From Okeania sp. (GTDB lineage: Bacteria; Cyanobacteriota; Cyanobacteriia; Cyanobacteriales; Microcoleaceae): 32,000 nucleotides of DNA. Position 1 is the stretch's first letter; the number at the start of each line of letters is the position of its first letter. The DNA is taken from NCBI RefSeq assembly GCF_035285525.1, contig NZ_JAYKGW010000252.1:1-32000 (forward strand), read 5' to 3'. This document shows positions 22,179 to 29,622 of the stretch, piece after piece. The translations under genes and the position numbers were made by a program. The notes under the pieces are model-generated. The model did not search any database. It had not been told where the DNA came from and saw only the letters and a list, made by a program, of their open reading frames with translations.

Positions 22179-24410
22179 TTAAATAAATACTAAAATAGTG
22201 ATTAGTAGCAAAACCTTCAACATAGTTGGCCAATAAAGCGCCTTAAATATAAAGTTGTCTTTATACTTAAAAATGGGAAGATTCGGATTCAAAGTCCAAA
22301 GAATAAAATTAATAGCTACTAAGAAAATATACAAATAAACAACAAAGTAAAAATACTCTAAATAAACAATTCCTTTAGTAATTACTTGTTGTCTAACTGT
22401 CACCTGATCTAAAATAACAATAAATACAAAACCTGCACAAGCTCCCAGAACTTCCATAGTTTGCTCATAGTTAGTAACTAAAAGTACAGCAAATAACAAT
22501 GTCAAAACTACAATCATCGGTCCGAGTTTAGAAATAAATAAACCCAAGAAATCTCTTTGTAGAATGACAGTAAATTGTAGTTCAGGAAAATTAGTTTTTG
22601 GTGGAGTATTAACCACTCCAAAATTAGTATTATATGTCTTGAATATATATTCAAAAAAGCTATCCCTGAGATACCATTCTCCCAATACAATTTCTTTGTC
22701 TACCCCCGGTGCAGTTTGTGGGTTAATTACAGTATAACTTTGAAAATCAGGAACAAGAATTACCCGACGATTTAACTCTCCATTATTATAATCCTGATGC
22801 CAAATTCTAATTTTCAAATCTTTGTCATCAAAAGGATAATAGTCAAAATCAAAATCCATACGAAAAGTATAAGCAAAATACCAACTGATAACTTCTAACC
22901 CATCTTTTTTATAACGATAATCTTCTCTTAGTTCATAATCACTATTTTCAATGGCATCAGGAAGCATAATACCACGAGATAAATCATCATGGACTCCATC
23001 TTTGTAAGTTTGCCATATATAACCTGTGACAAAAGCATCTTTCGGACTGGTCAGATCGAATGATTGAATGAAAACTCCTGTCGGAACAATTAGAGGCGGG
23101 TCTTGATTTAATTCTTTACTTAACCGTATTTGAGGAGCTAATAATTGTTTCACACCAGTATCACTAAGTAACAGGTTTCGAGTTGATGTATAAGTTCTTG
23201 CTTTCAATACTAAACTCCAAACAAAAGCAATATTTGCGACAAAGAATATACTAACAATAGATGATATTAATGAAATTCGTTTTACTCCTCCTCGGTAAAC
23301 TCTCAATAAGAGAATTGAAATAAAAATAGCAGACCAAAGGTAAGCAATACTAATAGTAGTTAATTTCCGTCTTGTAAGTGCTGAGTCTGGAAGAATTTCA
23401 TCTTGAATAAAAACTATTCCTACTAGCCATCCATTTAGATTAGTTTTTCGTAGAAATAACCAAGAATTTTGACCTGTTACTTTATCTGTTAAAGCGGCTT
23501 CTACTGGCTTACCTCTGAGTCCTTCAACAATCAATTCTCTAAGTTTTTCATCCTGCTGTTGATAGGTAATATCAAAGATATTTGCTTGGGATTTAATATA
23601 CTCTTCATTAGGATGATATAAGTAAGTTCCTGTTTCAGAAATAATAAATCCGTAGCCAGTTCTACCCAGGTTTAAAGACCGCACTATGTCTAAAATTTTA
23701 GTTAATGAATATTCGCTATATACAATACCTCGTGGAGATTTATCTTGAGTATCTGGGTTATAAAAAGGAGTAAAAAATCCGACAACTGGATCGCTATTAA
23801 GGGAAGGAGCACTCCAAAAATAAGGTTCACCCCAATTTGGCCCCTTGTTTAGGGTATTACTATACCAAACATATTTAGGTTTTGTATAGTTAACTTTAGT
23901 TTCAGTTAGCTCTATTTTGTCATCTATTCTTGCATAATATGGTGCATAAAGTTCTACATCTGGGCTATAAGCAAAAGGTTTATAAGCAACACCAACATCT
24001 AAAAAATCAGTATTTTCTTCAAGTTCTAATTTAAGCCGTCCTAATAATTCCTCATCTGCTAATTTGCCAGAACTCAGAGCGTTAGCGATAGAAATAGCTG
24101 ATTTTTGAGCAAAATATAGTCGCCGATCAATCTCCAGGGCAACTCTAGCTGTTTCCCTTTGAGATTGGTGTTTAGCATTATCAAATACTTCTTTTTGTTC
24201 GAGGCTGTATAATAATGACCCTACTATGGCAAGTGTTAAACTAATTCCACCTAGAATTAATGATGTATAAAATGCTATGATTTGTGGTTTACTAGCATTA
24301 TTAATAGTTAATACTTGATGTAGAAAAAGATAGATTTGAGTTTTAATTTTTTGATATTTTTTCTCTTCTTTAATTGGTTTATTTTCGTCGATTTCTTGGT
24401 TAATTGTCAT
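22179..24410 (-). CDS. Membrane protein: N-terminal Cache-like sensor fused to a pentameric ligand-gated ion channel (pLGIC, GLIC/ELIC-like) module
   Basis: TM helices at aa 43-68, 351-372 and 380-402. The Cache-like region is about aa 70-345 (RTGYGFIISETGTYLYHPNEEY). The pLGIC extracellular-domain pattern is VFIQSFDLTSPKDAFVTGYIWQTYKD, and the Cys-loop-equivalent is FDFDYYPFDDKDLKIRIW (YPFD at aa 525-528). Pre-M1 is ILQRDF, M1 has LGPMIVV, and three more helices follow with a very short M3-M4 loop. The ORF itself is unambiguous; the domain calls are by eye. Confidence 0.8.
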   Translation of the reverse strand: MTINQEIDENKPIKEEKKYQKIKTQIYLFLHQVLTINNASKPQIIAFYTSLILGGISLTLAIVGSLLYSLEQKEVFDNAKHQSQRETARVALEIDRRLYFAQKSAISIANALSSGKLADEELLGRLKLELEENTDFLDVGVAYKPFAYSPDVELYAPYYARIDDKIELTETKVNYTKPKYVWYSNTLNKGPNWGEPYFWSAPSLNSDPVVGFFTPFYNPDTQDKSPRGIVYSEYSLTKILDIVRSLNLGRTGYGFIISETGTYLYHPNEEYIKSQANIFDITYQQQDEKLRELIVEGLRGKPVEAALTDKVTGQNSWLFLRKTNLNGWLVGIVFIQDEILPDSALTRRKLTTISIAYLWSAIFISILLLRVYRGGVKRISLISSIVSIFFVANIAFVWSLVLKARTYTSTRNLLLSDTGVKQLLAPQIRLSKELNQDPPLIVPTGVFIQSFDLTSPKDAFVTGYIWQTYKDGVHDDLSRGIMLPDAIENSDYELREDYRYKKDGLEVISWYFAYTFRMDFDFDYYPFDDKDLKIRIWHQDYNNGELNRRVILVPDFQSYTVINPQTAPGVDKEIVLGEWYLRDSFFEYIFKTYNTNFGVVNTPPKTNFPELQFTVILQRDFLGLFISKLGPMIVVLTLLFAVLLVTNYEQTMEVLGACAGFVFIVILDQVTVRQQVITKGIVYLEYFYFVVYLYIFLVAINFILWTLNPNLPIFKYKDNFIFKALYWPTMLKVLLLITILVFI

Positions 24411-24600
24411 AATTTTTTCTCCTATATAATTTTCGTTTGTAGAAACAATATCAAAAAATGTTGACGATTTTGGGCTTGGTTTGTTTGTGTTTAAGAAACA
24501 GTGATCGCTATGGCCATTTCTGATAATTGATTCTTTTTATATTTCTGTGAATAACTACTTCTTTTACTAAAATATATAATTTATACTACTGGATTGACAC

Positions 24601-24906
24601 AATTAATTTTGTGCATTAGGACGGGTTTACTTAATCTTGGGTTGAGCATTGAACTCTTCAATAAAAACCCACCCCTACCCCATGCACCATTTTAGCTGTG
24701 TCGGTTTACTACTTAAAAAAAAGAATGCTATAAAAAGGTGCAATTGGGAACAAGTGCTTACAAAAAGCAATTCCAATTCGTTTCCGACAGTCATTTTTAT
24801 ATTTATCCCCTTTTGTCAATATTTACTTTTTCTTGCTTCTAACTTACGGATGTTGAATACAACATCCCTACCTCAAAATGCTTAAGCAAAATTAATTGTG
24901 CATTAA
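24601..24906. repeat. Repeat-rich ~290-bp block bracketed by near-identical direct repeats
   Basis: AATTAATTTTGTGCATTA (24601-24618) and AATTAATTGTGCATTA (24891-24906). Inside are a GGACGGGTTT...AAACCCACCCCTAC element and a GGATGTTG-AATAC-AACATCCCTAC hairpin (24848-24870). Confidence 0.4.
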
Positions 24907-25509
24907 CTTTTCACTCTGTCAGACATAGAGACGAAATTATATACAAATAATTTTGCACAACTACTTAATATCAAAAACATTTATCATATTGCGATTATGG
25001 GTAATTCAAAATTGTACCAAAAAATATAATAATTAGAATAAAAAGTCTATGTATTATGTACAAGGGTATCTTTTTGGGCAGGTAAAAGTATAAAAATCAT
25101 TTTGGTAGTTCCTTACTACCCACAGTTCCCAGACTTCCTAGCTTTTCCCATCACAAGGACATGAAAATTATAGTCGGTGATTATAAGTTTTGTATAATAA
25201 ACAATTATATAATTTTTTACTGCTTACATTGTTAACTGTGGGAAAATCCCATAAACTTAGATTCTTACTATAAAATTAAACAATTTTAAGAAAACTTTAA
25301 TTTTCTTAATACTTTGTATAAAAAGATTATTGGTAAAGTATATTTCTAGTAACCATAAGAAAAAAATATCAGCCATATTTAAAAAGTATAATTTTGTCAT
25401 ACTGAGTATTTGCTTATATTTTGCATTATGCTATCCTCTAGTCTGGTTGTGTAAAAAGTATTTTCTCCTAAAAAATAGTATCTAAATTGAAATTTGATTG
25501 AGGAAAAAA

Positions 25510-26646
25510 ATGGAATTACTGGAAACATTTGGAAAAAGTTTAGAAGGAATCAATATTGCTGGCCTACCAGCATATAAGCTATTAATTGCATTTGGTATCT
25601 TGCTGTTAACACTAATACTGCAAGGATTTATTACTGGAGTAATCATTAAGTCGATTGAGAATCTTGCGGCTGGTACTGAATCTGACTTAGACGATCAATT
25701 AATTGCTGTCATCAAAAAACCTCTATCTTGGTTAGTTTTGGTAGGTGGACTATGGGTAATACAAACTTTTTTAGCTGTAGATTTAAAAAAGCTTGAGTTA
25801 GACAAAACTACATCCGATCTTCTTACTTTAGTCACTATTGCTCTAATTGCTTATACGGTTTACACCGCAGCCCCCATTTTAGGTAAGGTGCTAGAAGCCT
25901 TAACTCTGCACACTGATACAGACTTAGATGACTTGCTAGTTCCCTATTTACCAAGACTATTTCGTATTGCAGCAGTTGTTGTGGTAGCTATTAAAGCTGC
26001 AGATGTATTGTTTGGACAATCTGCGGGCGCTCTTATTGGTTTGCTTGGTGGTGCTGGTGTTGCTCTAGGTTTATTATTCAAAGATATTATCTATGATTGG
26101 TGTTGCGCTGTCATTATCTATACTGATAGATTGTATAAACCTAAAGACTGGATAATGGTTTCAGGATTAAGCGGTTTTTTGCAGGTAGTAGAAATAGGTT
26201 TAAGAACAACAAAATTATATTCATGGGAGTGGGGTTCTATTATTAAAATGCCTAATTCTAAAATGGTAAGTGGTATTGTAGATAACTGGTCTCAGGATAA
26301 AGGCGATGTTCAAGAATGGGGATTTACAGAAACTTTAAAAATTGACGGTATTACAGCAGATCAAGTAGAGAGAATTATGGCAGGAATTGACGGAATATTT
26401 AAAAGTATAGATGGTTTTTATCCCAATTATTCTCTAATGTTCGGCGGTCTAGAAGGTAATGCTCGTCTGATCAAATATGTTTCATATATAACTCCTGCTC
26501 GTTACTTTTCTGCGGCTCGTGAATTTCGCTTGAGTTTAATGAGATTATTAGAAAAAGAGGGTATTGCTGCCAATAGCGTCTATATCATTGCTGACCAAGA
26601 ATCTTATACAAATAGCTTGAAAATGGCAAAAAAAGATAGTAACTAA
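25510..26646 (+). CDS. MscS-family mechanosensitive ion channel
   Basis: Several N-terminal TM helices, then the Gly/Ala-rich pore helix and beta-domain pattern GALIGLLGGAGVALGLLFKDIIYDWCCAVIIYTDRLYKPKDWIMV...GFLQVVEIGLRTTKL...IIKMPNSKMVSGIVDNWS. I prefer ATG 25510 (preceded by AGGA) to the track TTG 25498. Confidence 0.85.
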   Translation: MELLETFGKSLEGINIAGLPAYKLLIAFGILLLTLILQGFITGVIIKSIENLAAGTESDLDDQLIAVIKKPLSWLVLVGGLWVIQTFLAVDLKKLELDKTTSDLLTLVTIALIAYTVYTAAPILGKVLEALTLHTDTDLDDLLVPYLPRLFRIAAVVVVAIKAADVLFGQSAGALIGLLGGAGVALGLLFKDIIYDWCCAVIIYTDRLYKPKDWIMVSGLSGFLQVVEIGLRTTKLYSWEWGSIIKMPNSKMVSGIVDNWSQDKGDVQEWGFTETLKIDGITADQVERIMAGIDGIFKSIDGFYPNYSLMFGGLEGNARLIKYVSYITPARYFSAAREFRLSLMRLLEKEGIAANSVYIIADQESYTNSLKMAKKDSN

Positions 26647-26718
26647 TTACAACAATATGTTCTGAGATTCTAAGATTTCTTTGATATATCCCTAAATTTT
26701 TCAAACATCTTTGACAGC

Positions 26719-26752
26719 AACACAGGTAATTAGCTACCTGTGTTATTTTTTT
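26719..26752 (+). terminator. Intrinsic terminator after the MscS-like gene
   Basis: Perfect 10-bp stem AACACAGGTA / TACCTGTGTT with a 6-nt loop, followed by ATTTTTTT. It lies 73 nt after the stop. Confidence 0.8.
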
Positions 26753-26833
26753 AATTTAGTGTAAAAGCTTTTCTGAAAAATTCTGTACTGATAAACAACA
26801 AAAAAGTTTACCTCAAGCTCCTATTGTTTAAAT

Positions 26834-28147
26834 CAGGACTTACGCAAAGACACTGTATATAGCGTATGCGTGCGTAGAGTGATTGCTGACGCAAAGCTCC
26901 GCTAACGCCTGAAAAATTATGGTCATCCCCCAGTTTTACTGATTTTAAACAGTCTATAAAAACTTAAACAACTGTCATTTTAATTGTCGGATATTTTAGT
27001 GCAGAAACTAGATATTTAGATGACAATTGATGTTTGAGTTGATAAATAGTAATTCCAACGAAAATTTGCTATTTTTTTCAAATTATTCCACACTAACATA
27101 GCACAGTCAATATGATTTTTTTGAATTTTTGCCCGACGACATTGGCACAATTAAAGCCCTGTTAGTTGTTTTATTTCTCTGTGGAATTCCTCAATTTTCC
27201 ATCTCGGCGCGAATCTCAAACTCAACGTCGTCTGTACTTTGATAACTGAGGTCATTAGTAGCAATATATTCTGCTGACGTTTGTAGAAACAGTAGCCCAG
27301 AATAATTTGACTTTTTTATCTCTAGGAAAACCTTTAATTTTGATAACCTTTCCTGATGTTAATTCCAACTCATTCAATTTTAATTCTTCCAGTTTTTGAT
27401 ATTTGTTGATACCCCCACTATCATCTACCAAACGATTACTTCTTAACGGGCAATAGTAAATTTTATCTAAATTATCTATTAAAGCCATTAGCCTTTGAGT
27501 TGCATACCAAATATCCATTAATACTGTTTTTACTGGTATTTTCTTCTTTTTTACTACATCAAACATCATTTCTTCTACATTATTCTATTTTACTCTTTTC
27601 ATCACTTTCTGGATTATCGTATCTATAATCTATGATCCGATTGGCGCTCTATATGAGAATTAAAATATAAGCAATTAACTATCCCTATTCCACTCACTAT
27701 CCCATGTTCATTACCACTGTACTGACACCGGAAAAGTTCAATTTTATGAGAATATTTTTTATTGATAACTGTATCATCAATGCAGCAAATAACCATCTTC
27801 AGAAGTAACAATTTCCTCCCTAACATTTTGCCACAAAATTTCTGTCCCTAAATCAACATTTGTTAAATAACGATTAATTCGATCATAGCTAATTTTTTTC
27901 AGATGATCGGCAAGATTCGTGAGAGTATAATTTTTCTGACTACTTATTAAATATTGACAATATTTTATATAATTAAAGTTCATATTCAAGGCATTAAGAA
28001 GTAATTATTCTGATACTAATCTAGTCTAACAAGTAATTTGGCATCAAGCAAATTTTTAAGGTTTTTATATTTTGTTGTTCAAGCGATCGCTAAATAAATA
28101 AAACTTTAACAGTAAACACTATATATAATGTCTTTGCGTAAGTCCTG
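26834..28147. mobile_element. Decayed insertion sequence (1314 bp) with CAGGACTTACG-family ends; IS4/IS701-superfamily DDE transposase
   Basis: The 32-nt terminal inverted repeats CAGGACTTACGCAAAGACACTGTATATAGCGT (26834-26865) and the complement of 28116-28147 match at 29 of 32 positions. Flanked by identical 5-bp direct repeats TAAAT (26829-26833 and 28148-28152). A single broken transposase gene fills the interior. Confidence 0.75.
26964..27983 (-). pseudogene. DDE transposase (IS4/IS701-like), several frameshifts and stops
   Basis: The fragments read in order: MNFNYIKYCQYLISSQKNYTLTNLADHL..., then ...DDTVINKKYSHKIELFRCQYSGNEHGIV..., then ...KTVLMDIWYATQRLMALID...YYCPLRSNRLVDD..., then RWKIEEFHREIKQLTGL(stop)LCQCRRAKIQKNHIDCAMLVWNNLKKIANF, then GITIYQLKHQLSSKYLVSALKYPTIKMTVV(stop at 26964-26966). 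The DDT, LMD and RWxIExFHRExK contexts fit a D-D-E/YREK-type transposase. Confidence 0.8.
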
Positions 28148-29622
28148 TAAATAAAAGGATCGGATACTGCCTAATTATCTTCAACTCAAACTTGCCAGTT
28201 ATTTCAATTCGATAAAAATTGAAGTTAGAAGCAAAACAGAAAATTAAATAATTAGGACTTACTGATTAAACTTAAAGTATTGACATATAACTGAACTTCC
28301 CCCCTGAGAAAAAGGTCGTATGAGGCCGCCTAGAGGTAGTTAGAGGCAATTTTTTAACTACCCGTTATTGGGTAAAATAGCTCGCTTGGCTTTACCAGTT
28401 GAGTATTCTGAGCAATTGTATTTATTTATATTTTATCATATGACGATACGTATTCATAAGTCAAAATATATTTTTTGTGTTGATGTATAAACATAGTAGG
28501 CAGAGTGGCTGAAAGCTTTGCTATAGAAGCTTTCAAGAGAAAGCATAGTACATTTGTACAGGGGAAGTTGACATATATAGCAATGTACGCACTTAATATT
28601 TACAAATTGCCGGAGGTGTCCAATAGCTAAAAACCTTATATTATAGGCTATTCATTCTTTCTCCATACCTGTTCCCTGTTGCCTGTTTCCTAAAAGCAAC
28701 GCTATAAAGGTTTTTGTTCTAAAAAGCTCCAAAAGTTAGGATTTTGGGTTGACGCGATACAGAAAAATCAAGGGATAATCCTTCCTCCTAACTTGTCTAA
28801 ATTCCCCATTCCTCCTGACTTCTGACTCCTACCCCCCATATCAGAAAACTTTCCATAAGTCAACCCTAAATAGCTACTAATTTGTCAATCCTTGCATTCA
28901 AAATCCCCTAAATTTCCCCTCTTTTACCAAAACTTCAAACATTCTTCCTGATTATAGTAATTTCTTTGTGCTTTAACTATTATCACTTTTCCCTAATTCA
29001 CATTATTGTTGAAAGTTAGAATTAGAATTTTTATTCTCTGTAACACTATGCGCCTATTTTCCTATTGTTTTGAGCGATAATGCTTATAATTCTATGGTAG
29101 AGAATACTATGAAATATCTATTAAAAAAAAAGATTATAAATGAATTTTTGCGTTTTTAAGAGGGGGATAAAAGGCGGATAAAAATATTTTAGTTATAATC
29201 ATAGTTATGGAGCACTACTATAATTACATTAAAAACATTCAGCAGTCAGTAATTAGCAATCAGGTATTACTTTTGTACGGAATAAAAACTTTATTTAAAC
29301 TCTTTATGTAAGTAATATTATCAGGTCGAAAATTTGGCTTTATATTTATTAAGGATAAAGTATAGTTGCTGAGTTCTAAGAGCTAATACCTGAATGCTTA
29401 CATTACATTTATTCCTCTTTTTCAGGCATAATGCTCAGAAAAAATATATCTGTGTATTTTATAAGTTATACACCAATTGACTATATAAAAATCCTTATAA
29501 TATTATATTTTGCTTAGTAAGAATTTATTTATATATGAGCAAAATATAATAAATACACAATCAGAAAACTTATTTATAAATTAACTTTTACCTATTATCA
29601 ATTTTAAAGGAGTATATTCTAA

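Noticed and set aside
25498-25509. Track start codons TTG 25498 (MscS-like) and TTG 19113 (hisIE)
   Set aside because: In both cases an ATG four codons downstream (25510; 19125) gives a more conventional N-terminus. For 25510 it is preceded by AGGA. The difference is minor and unproven.
26866-28115. Alternative reading: an unrelated IS inserted inside a pre-existing MITE
   Set aside because: I could not find convincing IS-specific inverted repeats inside. There is only a weak GTTT(T)ACTG similarity at 26932-26940 and 28109-28116, and no second target duplication. The non-coding ends are too short to hold another pair of termini comfortably. I have not fully excluded this reading, and it is listed as the refutation test for the parent-IS finding.
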